A stretch of 63,179 nt of DNA, the filler included. It is 5 parts of 5 records of this genome, joined end to end, with 100 filler letters (N's around TTAATTAATTAA, not from the genome) between each part and the next. Parts side by side here need not be neighbours in the genome. Positions count along the whole stretch, not along the records: positions 1 to 20,283 come from SRR31147125_882; 4 more parts are not named here. One strand, written 5' to 3'. Every line of letters begins with the position of its first letter. The stretch's first letter is position 1. Positions 1 to 9,405 of this stretch are shown one piece after another. The position numbers and the translations under genes were made by a program. The notes under the pieces were generated by a model. That model did not search any database. It worked only from the letters and a program-made list of their open reading frames with translations, and had not been told where the DNA came from.

Positions 1-20
1 TTTTGGTTGTTTTCTATCAT
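1..20 (-). CDS. 5' end of a gene truncated by the window edge, probably the terminase small subunit
   Basis: ATG at 20 (MIENNQ...) preceded by AAGGAAGTGAGTG. The product is inferred only from its position downstream of the HNH gene and cos-like region. Confidence 0.35.
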
Positions 21-146
21 TTTCACTCACTTCCTTGACATTTCGTACTTTGTCACTTTTTTCGCTCTGGATATTTTTGAAAATATTTTTTTTGATTTTT
101 TTCTTGCGCAGTGAAAGTTGTCTAGGCTGTGGGCTGTGGGACAACC

Positions 147-836
147 CTATATATTAGAATTAGATGGGGGGGTATACGTATCAAACCATTTATTGATGTA
201 ACTCATCCATTCGTCATAATATTCATGCCTTAAATCTTTCACATTGTTTAATCTTTCAATACATTCTTCTCTTGTTGTCTCCATCATGATGACTTCATCG
301 ACATTCAATCGATTAATTAAACTATCACGTTCCCAAGAAGATGCTAATGTAGCAACAATGAATGCTCTCTTCCATTTACCGTATCTTTTCTCAATGTTGT
401 CATAAAGTGTCTTACGCAATTCAAAGAGATTGTATTTAATAGCATCAGCTTTACGATAAGGATCATTGAATGTGATTGCTTCTTGTAACTTATCAAGATC
501 TACAACGATGTCATTGTTGTGTTTTACTGATTTAACAAATGAGGTCTTACCAGATAAAGGTGGTCCAAACACTAAGATAACTTCTTGGTCCTTAACAAAT
601 CTTCCATGCTCTTCGTTATGACACTGATGACAAACAACTTCAACGTTATCTTCACTTAATGTCTTTGTTGGGTTATTATAGTCATCTTCACGTAAGTAAT
701 TGATATGATGCACTTCAAGCTTCGATGTATCAGTAAATACAGTTCCACATCTATTACATATACCACCATTCTTATCGATGATATACTTCCTAAACTTACG
801 CCATTGGCTTGATGTATAGAATCTATTACCAGGCAT
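147..836 (-). CDS. Phage HNH endonuclease fused to a P-loop (AAA/kinase-like) domain, packaging-associated
   Basis: CNRC...LEVHH...CHQCHNEEH HNH motif, then GPPLSGKT Walker A. Typical position in cos phages. Confidence 0.85.
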   Translation of the reverse strand: MPGNRFYTSSQWRKFRKYIIDKNGGICNRCGTVFTDTSKLEVHHINYLREDDYNNPTKTLSEDNVEVVCHQCHNEEHGRFVKDQEVILVFGPPLSGKTSFVKSVKHNNDIVVDLDKLQEAITFNDPYRKADAIKYNLFELRKTLYDNIEKRYGKWKRAFIVATLASSWERDSLINRLNVDEVIMMETTREECIERLNNVKDLRHEYYDEWMSYINKWFDTYTPPSNSNI

Positions 837-1336
837 TATTCAAATTCACTCATTTGTCTTTTAAGTCTCAATGATTCTTTTTCCATCTTTAATCGTTGCT
901 CCTTAAGACTATGTTCAGCTGGATTATCCACCCAACGTTCCTTCTTAGGACCATCTTTAGTGAATTGTTTTAATATCTTGAATGCACTATCAGCATTAGG
1001 AGCAACCTTCTTAGTTGTCTTTTTGATCTGAACTAATACTGGTTGATTTCCTTCTTCATTTCTAACAATCTCTACAACTTCAGCATCCTTAAGCGTGTAT
1101 CCTCTAGCATCTTTTAAGATAATGTTAATCATTTCTGGAACGATTGCTTCATTACGTTTTATCTTTGCTTCAGACAATATCACATTCAATATGCCACGCT
1201 CACGTTTGTATTTATACCAAGTAGTTCTAGATACACCAAGACGTTTATATATTAAATTTTCTTTGACGCCTTCTTCGGCCCATTTTTTGATACTGTCGAG
1301 ATTTCTTTCAATATCTCGCCATTTATCGACTGCCAT
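836..1336 (-). CDS. Phage HTH protein (terminase-small-like/late operon first gene)
   Basis: N-terminal HTH IYKRLGVSRTTWYKYK; ARGY...KKVAPN motif seen in phage TerS-like proteins. Confidence 0.6.
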   Translation of the reverse strand: MAVDKWRDIERNLDSIKKWAEEGVKENLIYKRLGVSRTTWYKYKRERGILNVILSEAKIKRNEAIVPEMINIILKDARGYTLKDAEVVEIVRNEEGNQPVLVQIKKTTKKVAPNADSAFKILKQFTKDGPKKERWVDNPAEHSLKEQRLKMEKESLRLKRQMSEFE

Positions 1337-1435
1337 TTCTTCACCTAATTTCGTGCGATGAGTTCGCGTGTCTCATATAATAAAAAGGATGATTCCATTT
1401 TAATATCATGAAAAACAACCTCTCATTAATGTTTA

Positions 1436-1548
1436 TACACATACATTTTTCACATGGACTATGCTTGCGAAATAGTGGCTTTTTACAACCTTACCAGGGC
1501 GACGGAAGGAGTGATAGTCCATGTAAGAAACGCATCTGCACTTCTACA
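1436..1548 (-). ncRNA. Candidate structured phage RNA (27-bp stem closing a 51-nt loop)
   Basis: Arms 1540-1514 and 1462-1436 pair at 25/27 positions, including 4 G-U pairs that exist only on the minus strand. A sigma70-like promoter lies just upstream. Confidence 0.55.
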
Positions 1549-1554
1549 CCCTTA

Positions 1555-1583
1555 AATTTATTAAATAAAATAGTACGCGTCAA
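1555..1583 (-). promoter_or_regulatory. Sigma70-like promoter TTGACG-N17-TAAATT
   Basis: -35 at 1583-1578 and -10 at 1560-1555 with 17-bp spacing, in an intergenic region. Confidence 0.5.
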
Positions 1584-1666
1584 TGCAGTTTTGACCTATT
1601 GTCTACTTAGTGGAAATCTATTACGTAGTAATAAGATACAAAAAAAGAGCTTTTCAGCTCTTTTAT

Positions 1667-2800
1667 TTATGCATTTATGAATTCATCTTTATGCTCATCT
1701 ACAAACTTTTTAACTACATTAGTAATATTTTCATCAGTTTTATTCTTTTTTGTTCTGCATTGTACCAATTCACCATTTTTAATCTCAATAGTGAAGTATG
1801 GATCATCGACATGAGTTTTGTCTCTTAAGAATAATATAGTCGATTTATTATCAATGATTTGTTGAGCATAATGATTTAACATTGATTTTCCTAAACAATG
1901 TTGTAATATGTTGCTTTCATGCTGCATCTCTTTAATTGATTTTGGAGAAAATAAGATATATTTACCGATTTCATATTTAAGTCTTTGTTTGTTTTTGAGT
2001 TTAGAGTCTATGTTAGCCAATTTTAATCTCTTTTTTCTTTCTTCTTTTTCTAATCTTTCTCTATTAATTAAATCAATGTAGAATTGATAAGATCTATTTC
2101 TATTTAGGTGACTTTTGATTTTCTTTAACTCTTCTTTATTCATCAATTTACCTTCAATGAGCAATCCTGATGCAAGTTTAGTTGCTCCAATCTTTAATAA
2201 CAATTCATATTGATATATTTTTTCCTTGGTGGCATTTAGTAAATGAAAGTAGTTTACCTTATCGAATTTATTGATTGGTAAATATTTATACTGAGGCATA
2301 GACTTTATAAGTTTGATTGTTTTTGGATGTTGTAATCTTTGTTCATGTGAATAAAACATATTATAACCCGTATTATACATGCTCATGTATCTAACTTCTT
2401 CAGCTGGCATCATAATGTTTATATTCTTGAAAAGTCCTAATGCATATGCATATTGTTCTTGATTAATTGTATTAAAAAATAATATCCTTTGAATTTGTGC
2501 ACCTTTGATAATATCGCTATCCCATGTGTAATACATTCTCCATTCAAATAGCATAATGTAATCTCCCCATTTTTTTAAATATGTAAATCTGTTATCTTTT
2601 TTGTATTTTATGTTTTTTCTCATAAACTCTATATATGGGAATTTTCTCACAAGATAGCTATTCGCTTTTTTGTTTAATTCGAAATTGTCATAAAATCTCA
2701 TATCAGCATCTACTAAATCACGTTTGTAAAAATGAGGTCTTTGTTTATACCGTTCATCAAATTTCTTTGCAACTGCTGGCGGTAAAAAATCATAATACAT
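1667..2800 (-). CDS. PcfJ-like domain protein
   Basis: C-terminal PKSIKEMQHESNILQHCLG...ILFLR...PYFTIE...VQCR signature; follows a PcfK-like gene. Confidence 0.85.
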   Translation of the reverse strand: MYYDFLPPAVAKKFDERYKQRPHFYKRDLVDADMRFYDNFELNKKANSYLVRKFPYIEFMRKNIKYKKDNRFTYLKKWGDYIMLFEWRMYYTWDSDIIKGAQIQRILFFNTINQEQYAYALGLFKNINIMMPAEEVRYMSMYNTGYNMFYSHEQRLQHPKTIKLIKSMPQYKYLPINKFDKVNYFHLLNATKEKIYQYELLLKIGATKLASGLLIEGKLMNKEELKKIKSHLNRNRSYQFYIDLINRERLEKEERKKRLKLANIDSKLKNKQRLKYEIGKYILFSPKSIKEMQHESNILQHCLGKSMLNHYAQQIIDNKSTILFLRDKTHVDDPYFTIEIKNGELVQCRTKKNKTDENITNVVKKFVDEHKDEFINA

Positions 2801-3212
2801 TAATCATCCACTCCTAAATCAAATATTGAAATTAATTTATCTGATTGTTTTTCTTCCACCTTTTCTTTTTTGACTTTTTTAGTATTTGTTGAGGTTTCAT
2901 TGCTATTTCTAACAACTGCTCTTGCTGGTTCAGTACCTACTTCTTCATCAAGATTTTTCTTATCTTCAATAAAATAGTGAATTGCCCAGTTATACACTTC
3001 TTCATCTGAAACTGCAGTTGCACCACCTATTTGTATTTTTGATGCTTTTTTTAAAATAAAGTTACACATGTCATTAATTGATTTTGTTTCATCAAGAATT
3101 CTTTTTTGAAGATGCTCATCAGTTAATGATTCTTTCAACACATAATCAACTATTGGATTTGACCAATGTTTATCATTAATTTTTTTAATTTAGTTTCTAC
3201 TTGATTGTTCAT
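2800..3212 (-). CDS. PcfK-like (AcrIIA9-family-like) protein; probable true start 3212 with a frameshift in an A-run near 3180
   Basis: KSINDMCNFI...AVSDEEVYNWAIHYF...ISIFD motif. RBS+ATG at 3212 is out of frame by one base at an A7 run. Confidence 0.75.
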
Positions 3213-3528
3213 CGAAGTTCACCTTTTCCTTTGCTCTGTATTTATATATTTTCAATTCTAGTAATGCTGCTTTAACAGTTTCCCATTTGACATGATATCT
3301 GTTTGCTATTTTGTTAATTGACCAATTATAGTCGCAATATAATTGCTTTAATTTGTTTTTTGATATTTTAGTAAATATCTTATTCGGTTTTTTTATATGG
3401 TATTCTTTGATGTTTCTAGAAATAGTTTTTTCTGTAACTCCATGTAAGTCTGCCATTTGTTTCATTGTTAAACCGTTTTGATACTGTATTTCAAGAGTTT
3501 TCTTGTGTAACATGATTTTATTGCTCAT
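3190..3528 (-). CDS. Tandem HTH DNA-binding protein
   Basis: Two HTH-like repeats (TMKQMADLHGVTEKTISR; SINKIANRYHVKWETV). Confidence 0.7.
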   Translation of the reverse strand: MSNKIMLHKKTLEIQYQNGLTMKQMADLHGVTEKTISRNIKEYHIKKPNKIFTKISKNKLKQLYCDYNWSINKIANRYHVKWETVKAALLELKIYKYRAKEKVNFDEQSSRN

Positions 3529-4354
3529 CTAGCTCCACCTCATCAGATAACTCATATATTCTTGATATAAGTCTTTCAATATTTCTTAATTCACCTTTAT
3601 TCTTAGCTGTTTCATTGTAATAATCCTGAAGATGATTAATTGAGTAATTACTTGTAAATATTGTAAGTTTCTTGTTTGCCAATCGACTGTTTAAGATTGG
3701 TAATAGGATTTCATCTCTAAACCATGAGGATCTAAATTCAGAACCAATGTCATCAATAACAAGAATATCAGCTGTAGTTAAATCTTTAATACGTTGTTCG
3801 TTGTTATCGAAATCTTTAGCTTGTCTAGCAAAACTAGAAGTGAATAGTATAATTCCAGTTTTACCTTTGTCAGCAAATTCATTGATTATTGCATTTGCTA
3901 AATATGTTTTTCCTATTTGATAAAGATCAGAATGAATATATAACCCTCTAGTTTCTTTACCATCTAAGACGTCTTTAATCATAGCTTTAGCAAATAATAA
4001 AGATTTGCTACGTTTATCTGTTGTATCCCAAAATTTAGATAATGATGCTTTTAAATCCCAAATGTCATCACCTACACTTTTAAAAGCAGCAATTCTTTTA
4101 TCAAGTTTAATTTTGTCTTTTGTAGGTATGTAAGATATCGACCATCCAATTTCGGTTTTGTTAAGTTTAACAGTGTATCCATCAAAATCTTTATTTCTCA
4201 TATTTAGATAATTCACAGCTATCATAACATCCGACATATTTTTAGTATTTACATCTGAAGTCTCTTCATCTTCTAATGCTTTTTTAATCAAGTTCTTCAC
4301 TGACTCTTTGTCTTCTTGGTATGTATTTTTTAGATGATTTCTTAAGTTCTCCAT
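3518..4354 (-). CDS. DnaC/DnaI-like helicase loader ATPase
   Basis: GLYI..IGKTYLANAI Walker A variant, ILVIDDIGSE Walker B, TIFTSN, RLISRI. Confidence 0.85.
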   Translation of the reverse strand: MENLRNHLKNTYQEDKESVKNLIKKALEDEETSDVNTKNMSDVMIAVNYLNMRNKDFDGYTVKLNKTEIGWSISYIPTKDKIKLDKRIAAFKSVGDDIWDLKASLSKFWDTTDKRSKSLLFAKAMIKDVLDGKETRGLYIHSDLYQIGKTYLANAIINEFADKGKTGIILFTSSFARQAKDFDNNEQRIKDLTTADILVIDDIGSEFRSSWFRDEILLPILNSRLANKKLTIFTSNYSINHLQDYYNETAKNKGELRNIERLISRIYELSDEVELDEQ

Positions 4355-5057
4355 TGTTACCCTCCTTGTTATTTGAATGACTTTCCCATGTGATAATCTT
4401 TTGTTTCCAATTTTTTACTTGCTTCCCATTAGAATCAACCCAACCAGCTACATTAAAGTAATCAAAGAACTTTTTAGGATCTACACTATTTTTTCTTTGT
4501 TTACAATACTCTTCAACATCTTTTAATGTTGGTGGCACAAATTTCTTTTTAGATGATTTATTAGATGATTTAGAGGTGATTTCTTCTGTATTATCTTCTT
4601 TATTAACTTTACTTAACTTATCTTTACTTAACTTATATTGTGTAAACCGTTGGTCTACCAACTGTCTACCATCATCATTTTGTTGTACTTCCTCGCTAAA
4701 CAAATCGTATGGTATTTCTTTTAATTTATAAGCTTTGTTTTCTTTTAAATCAAGCATTGCAAGTTCATTTTGATATACTGTTGGTTTGTATCTATCATTT
4801 CTAATATAGTTATGCATTCGCCAATGTTTAATAACTATAACTCCATTTTCAAACACAATAATATATTTTTTCGCTATTAATAGATCCATATCATTTTTTG
4901 ATGCACCAACTATTCTCATTACTGAAAATGGGTTTTTTACAAATCCGTCATCATCACCGTCCATATTCAATTGAAAATATAATTCTCGTGTTGATGTTGG
5001 CATATTGAGAAAACTATCGCTTCTCACTATTTGATCGTTAAACATTCTTCTTGCCAT
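4284..5057 (-). CDS. Phage replication initiator (replisome organizer)
   Basis: MARRMF...SDSFLNMP...LYF..DDDGF N-terminus; FVPPTL..V..YC...KNWKQ C-terminal domain. Confidence 0.85.
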   Translation of the reverse strand: MARRMFNDQIVRSDSFLNMPTSTRELYFQLNMDGDDDGFVKNPFSVMRIVGASKNDMDLLIAKKYIIVFENGVIVIKHWRMHNYIRNDRYKPTVYQNELAMLDLKENKAYKLKEIPYDLFSEEVQQNDDGRQLVDQRFTQYKLSKDKLSKVNKEDNTEEITSKSSNKSSKKKFVPPTLKDVEEYCKQRKNSVDPKKFFDYFNVAGWVDSNGKQVKNWKQKIITWESHSNNKEGNNGELKKSSKKYIPRRQRVSEELD

Positions 5058-5278
5058 TATTCATCACCTTCCAATTCTTTTTTTGTTAGTTTTTTATGAC
5101 AACTGCGACAGTATGCTGTTTTTTGTTCTTCTCGATAGCTTATGCTATCGTACATATCACCGTTAATACCACTGTCTTCGTCATAAGAACCATCACCGTT
5201 ATAATGCGTACTAATTTTCCCATAAACAGGCGTGTATTTATAATACCCATCGGTGTTTCCACATTTAGTGCATTTCAT
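5057..5278 (-). CDS. Small zinc-ribbon phage protein
   Basis: CTKC...CRSC; translationally coupled. Confidence 0.65.
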   Translation of the reverse strand: MKCTKCGNTDGYYKYTPVYGKISTHYNGDGSYDEDSGINGDMYDSISYREEQKTAYCRSCHKKLTKKELEGDE

Positions 5279-5510
5279 GAGTTTCTATCTCCTTATATTT
5301 TTCGTAATCTTCAATGAATTCTACTTCATCTATGCTATACCATATTTTTATTCTTGTGTTGTGATAATAGTCATAAGGCTCATGTTTATGAAATCTTGCG
5401 TTATTCATATCACGCATATATGCATGGCAATCTTTTTTAGTTTTGAATAGTTTTTCCTCAACAGTACCTTCACTATTAAACGCACCGCTCGTAATCATAT
5501 ACATTTTCAT
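5265..5510 (-). CDS. Hypothetical phage protein
   Basis: Coupled ORF in the operon with an RBS. Confidence 0.6.
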   Translation of the reverse strand: MKMYMITSGAFNSEGTVEEKLFKTKKDCHAYMRDMNNARFHKHEPYDYYHNTRIKIWYSIDEVEFIEDYEKYKEIETHEMH

Positions 5511-6181
5511 TCTTTAGCCCCCTTTAATCTTATTTTTTTATCTTTAATTTCAAAAATAGAAGATGCAGTGTTTCTCATTACACTGATAAAACTTCCTTTG
5601 TTTGAATAATGTTTGAGTATTTCAGGATATAAAGTATCAATTAAATCCTCAATTAAACATTCATTGTTTGGCATTACACTTAAAATATCTTTTGTCCTAT
5701 TGATAATGATTTGCCTTTCTGTTAATGTTTCTCCTGTTTTTGCTCCAGCTGTTTTTTGTTTATTAAAACTTTTGCAAGCTCTATTAAATACTTCAAAGAC
5801 ATTTCTTACATGATTTTGTCCTCTTTCAAAAACATCAATTTTATGATTTTGTGTAGAAGTATTGCAAATCATTAGACCAATGTCTTTTCCTGTATAGCTT
5901 AGAAGATCTAATTTTTCATGATCGCTATGAGATAGTCCTTTAAATCCGTTATCTTTTGGAAAAGCAATATACACTTTTGCATCAGGATAATAATACTTAT
6001 TCTTTAAAGCTTGTAGTATAACTTTTACATTAAAATTCAATTTCATTTCAATGAGGACAACTTCACCTGTTTTTCTGTTTATACCAACAACATCAATATC
6101 ATTAACTTCTTGATATACTTCATAGCCCTTTTCTTCAAGATATTTTTTAATAGGTAAGAATAACTCTGTTTCTTTATTCAT
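5507..6181 (-). CDS. PD-(D/E)XK-like protein (DUF2161-like)
   Basis: ETELFLPIKKYLEEKGYEV..EV..IDVVG...IEMKLNFN..VILQA pattern. Confidence 0.7.
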   Translation of the reverse strand: MNKETELFLPIKKYLEEKGYEVYQEVNDIDVVGINRKTGEVVLIEMKLNFNVKVILQALKNKYYYPDAKVYIAFPKDNGFKGLSHSDHEKLDLLSYTGKDIGLMICNTSTQNHKIDVFERGQNHVRNVFEVFNRACKSFNKQKTAGAKTGETLTERQIIINRTKDILSVMPNNECLIEDLIDTLYPEILKHYSNKGSFISVMRNTASSIFEIKDKKIRLKGAKE

Positions 6182-7061
6182 TCCCTTTACTCCAATCTAA
6201 TTTTTGCCCACAAAAAGGACAATATTTGATTTCTACAACTTTGTTAGCTAAACAAGTATCTAATAACTTAACTTCTTTTGTTATAGTTTGTTTACATTTC
6301 GGACATTCATAATCAACAAATCCACTAATTTCAATTGTATGTGAATACAATTCAGGTTTCATAGGCTTTTGAATTATGTTGGACTCACAATATTTAATAA
6401 ACTTTGATAAATCATCAGATAGATTCATACCTTTGACATCGCGAGATAGGTTTGATTTTTCAAATAAATATATTTCAGCTTCTTTTGCTTTAATCAATAG
6501 ATCGTTTTTATCTGATACTGTCTCTTTATTCATTTTTTCCTCGTTCTGGACCATTATTTTGTCTTCAAGTTTTTTTATTTGCTCATCTTTTTCTAAGGTG
6601 GATGATTTTAAAAGAGTTAACTCCCCCTTCAATTTAGCTATCTTATCTTTTAATAATTCATTTTCCGCAGATAATTTATTTAATTTATGGTTTGCAGTAC
6701 TGAGTTTAGAATTTTTGACTTCTTCACGTTCTTTTAACTCAATTATTTTAGGAGGAAGTTTTTCTAATTCATGTATATATATAAGTAACTCTTTTCTTTT
6801 TGGAAGACCTTTGACTGTTAAATTTAATTTAACTTTTACTTGAGTAATTCCATTTAGCCAATCACCAGTTGCATCTCTTGCTGTTATTTCGATTTTTAGA
6901 CATCTTTTTAAAAGCAAATACCGATAGTTTTTGCAAATTTCAAGTTCCTTGTTTTTTAGTATAATATCTGTTATATATATGTCTTTTTCGTTGTAAACAC
7001 TGGCTTCTATTATTTGAGCATCAATTTTTTTTAATGTTTGAAATACTGTTTCTTTTAGCAT
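6174..7061 (-). CDS. Coiled-coil protein with C-terminal zinc ribbon
   Basis: Heptad-rich middle; CPKC...YCPFCGQKLDW. Confidence 0.7.
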   Translation of the reverse strand: MLKETVFQTLKKIDAQIIEASVYNEKDIYITDIILKNKELEICKNYRYLLLKRCLKIEITARDATGDWLNGITQVKVKLNLTVKGLPKRKELLIYIHELEKLPPKIIELKEREEVKNSKLSTANHKLNKLSAENELLKDKIAKLKGELTLLKSSTLEKDEQIKKLEDKIMVQNEEKMNKETVSDKNDLLIKAKEAEIYLFEKSNLSRDVKGMNLSDDLSKFIKYCESNIIQKPMKPELYSHTIEISGFVDYECPKCKQTITKEVKLLDTCLANKVVEIKYCPFCGQKLDWSKGNE

Positions 7062-7078
7062 AAAATTTTACCTCTTTC

Positions 7079-7384
7079 CTAAACTCTAATTTCAACTTCG
7101 TGTTTGATGAAATCAGATTTTAAAGTATCTATACCTACTCCAAGGAAACTACCATCAAGAAGATTTCTTAATGCAATTTCATGGTCAATGATTAACCAAT
7201 TATCATCAATGAAAAAAAGTTCCCCTTTTTCAATTGTTCTGTATTTATCAGTACTAAATCCATCATCATCTACTAGAGTGACAGTAAATGTCTCTTTGTT
7301 TTCATACAATATTGTTTTTCTAACATCTGGTAACATGCTACTTTTTATATCTGAAATTTGTTGTTGATCTATTTCTAAAACCAT
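7079..7384 (-). CDS. Hypothetical phage protein
   Basis: ORF with GAGG RBS. Confidence 0.65.
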   Translation of the reverse strand: MVLEIDQQQISDIKSSMLPDVRKTILYENKETFTVTLVDDDGFSTDKYRTIEKGELFFIDDNWLIIDHEIALRNLLDGSFLGVGIDTLKSDFIKHEVEIRV

Positions 7385-7414
7385 TTTTAATACCTCTTTC
7401 CTTTGCTCTGGATT

Positions 7415-7554
7415 AATCTTACATAACTACTACAACTGTAAGATTTTTCTTTTGTATTTAACATACTGACTTGATCGCTTAATAACCACTTCAAGTCCTT
7501 TTTAATTAAATTGTGATGATTAAAAAACTTTACCGTAACCGTATTTGTCGTAAA
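7415..7554. repeat. Three-subsite res/dif-like element, copy 1
   Basis: ATCTTACATAA-CTACTAC-AACTGTAAGAT (7416-7444), GACTTGA..TCAAGTC (7468-7497) and TTTACCG..CGTAAA (7529-7554); homologous to 10809-10948. Confidence 0.7.
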
Positions 7555-7558
7555 ACTG

Positions 7559-8302
7559 TCACTTATTTACGAGTGTTTTATTCAATATTAGATCAGGAAA
7601 CTTACTTGCGTAATCTTTGATATATCTTGATTCAATTTCGTTTAATTTCGTTAAATCATGTACAACTTCTAGTATTTCAAACTTATAATTTTCAATATCA
7701 TTAACTGGAAATCTCTCACTTTTTAAATGTTGCCCCCATCTGAAAATTGGAAGTGAATTTGTTTGTCCAATGTACATTTCTCCTGACTTCTTTTTAGTTA
7801 TTTTATAAATGCAACCCCAATCGTAAGAACCTCTGTCTATGTATTCATTAGGATTTATTCCATCATGAAGTTTCAAGTATTCGTTATAAAGCTTTCCATG
7901 ATGTTTTTTTCTACATTCAATACAGCAATAATCATAAGTCCTATATCTATCTATATCTCTATGTTTAACTTCAACAATATCTCTAGGTCTATATCTTTGT
8001 TGATATATAAACTTTTTACCACACCACTCACATGTAGTTTCATGAACTTGATTTTTTTTAAAGTCATTTTTATTTGTTGATTTGGTAACAACAACACAAT
8101 ATATGTCACCATCAACCATGCTTTTAGTTCTTCGGAATTTTATGGACTCTCCATACATTTCCTTAATTGTTTCTTTGAACATCTCATATGAATCAATTAC
8201 GATGGTATTTTGTTCAATTAAAGTTCTTGGTTGAGACAATCCCCAAACAGTTTCTTCAATGGAACCACCCACTTCATATATTCTATATTCACAATAAATC
8301 AT
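7559..8302 (-). CDS. Zn-binding protein with C-terminal GIY-YIG nuclease domain
   Basis: CEWC...YCCIEC; GCIYKIT...MYIGQT...RW.QH...E...LN. Confidence 0.75.
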   Translation of the reverse strand: MIYCEYRIYEVGGSIEETVWGLSQPRTLIEQNTIVIDSYEMFKETIKEMYGESIKFRRTKSMVDGDIYCVVVTKSTNKNDFKKNQVHETTCEWCGKKFIYQQRYRPRDIVEVKHRDIDRYRTYDYCCIECRKKHHGKLYNEYLKLHDGINPNEYIDRGSYDWGCIYKITKKKSGEMYIGQTNSLPIFRWGQHLKSERFPVNDIENYKFEILEVVHDLTKLNEIESRYIKDYASKFPDLILNKTLVNK

Positions 8303-8763
8303 CAGTCTGTTCTTATGCCTAGAATTAAGATAAATATTCCCTTTACTACATCTTCATAAATTAAAAGCAAATCCTTGATTTTTAATTTACTTTTAATGTG
8401 CCATTCATTGAATTTTAACCCGAATGATGCAAATGCATTATCAACCTTCTTCTTATCGAATTTTGCGCCATCAATTAAATATCCAGGAATACTTTGTAAA
8501 TCACTGTCTAGTTCTATATTTTCAACTTCTTTAAGGTCCTCATTCTTTGGGATAATTTTTGCAGTATTTGGGTAACTGCCTTCGTATAATTTACCAGTCA
8601 TTAAGTTGACAAGAATAGGATCTTTAACTGTCACTTGATTTTTCTCTATTAACAATACATATGAATCAGTGAATATGATCTCATCATTGATATAAGCTAC
8701 ACATTGAAGTATAGGTCTTTTACTTTGCTTTCTTGCAAATCTTTTAACTACTTCTAATTTCAT
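8302..8763 (-). CDS. Hypothetical phage protein (weak resemblance to a beta-clamp middle domain)
   Basis: RPILQCV...FTDSY...GSYPNTAKIIP resembles DnaN domain II motifs. Confidence 0.55.
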   Translation of the reverse strand: MKLEVVKRFARKQSKRPILQCVAYINDEIIFTDSYVLLIEKNQVTVKDPILVNLMTGKLYEGSYPNTAKIIPKNEDLKEVENIELDSDLQSIPGYLIDGAKFDKKKVDNAFASFGLKFNEWHIKSKLKIKDLLLIYEDVVKGIFILILGIRTD

Positions 8764-8789
8764 TTTTAATTCCTTCCTTTGCTCTGGAT

Positions 8790-8993
8790 TTATTTAAAAC
8801 TCGAATCAATACGTTTTAACATTAGAAATACACAAATAAGTGACAATACAATTGCAATCCCAATTACAATCAATAAAATAAATGCAATATTAAACAATCC
8901 TGTGATAGCAGCTATGACACTCAAATAAAATGCACCAATTGATACTAAGAATAGTATCCAAAAGAAAATTAATAACCAATCTAATTTTTTCAT
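8790..8993 (-). CDS. Small two-TM membrane protein
   Basis: Two long hydrophobic segments. Confidence 0.65.
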   Translation of the reverse strand: MKKLDWLLIFFWILFLVSIGAFYLSVIAAITGLFNIAFILLIVIGIAIVLSLICVFLMLKRIDSSFK

Positions 8994-9394
8994 TTACCTT
9001 TCCTTTCATCCGATAATTGTTTTAAAACATGTACAATATCAGAATTACACCAATAATCAAACATTGTTGAATCAGCTCTAAATTCTTTATATGTGTAGCC
9101 AGAATACTTAATTAAGCTTAAATATTGATCTTTGTAATTTGTTACAGTCACAATATAAGTTTTAGCGTTATTCAACCTATAAAAATGGAATTTTAAATAC
9201 TTTTTGTTGATTTCTCTAACCTTTTTTAATTGATGGATAAAAACTATCGAATTTGCTTTATACAGTTGTTTAGTTTTTACTGACATGTACTGGCCAAGTT
9301 CTTTATGTATTAGAATAACTACGTCATTAAATGTTTTTGAGCTGTTAGTATTATGTATTGTAGCTTCGAATAAACTTCCTACTTCTTTAATCAT
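8990..9394 (-). CDS. Hypothetical phage protein
   Basis: Operonic ORF with RBS. Confidence 0.65.
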   Translation of the reverse strand: MIKEVGSLFEATIHNTNSSKTFNDVVILIHKELGQYMSVKTKQLYKANSIVFIHQLKKVREINKKYLKFHFYRLNNAKTYIVTVTNYKDQYLSLIKYSGYTYKEFRADSTMFDYWCNSDIVHVLKQLSDERKGK

Positions 9395-9405
9395 GATTAT
9401 ATTCC

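Noticed and set aside
1408-1680. Plus-strand 90-aa ORF over the RNA hairpin
   Set aside because: Antisense to the operon, no recognisable motifs, and the region is better explained as promoter plus structured RNA
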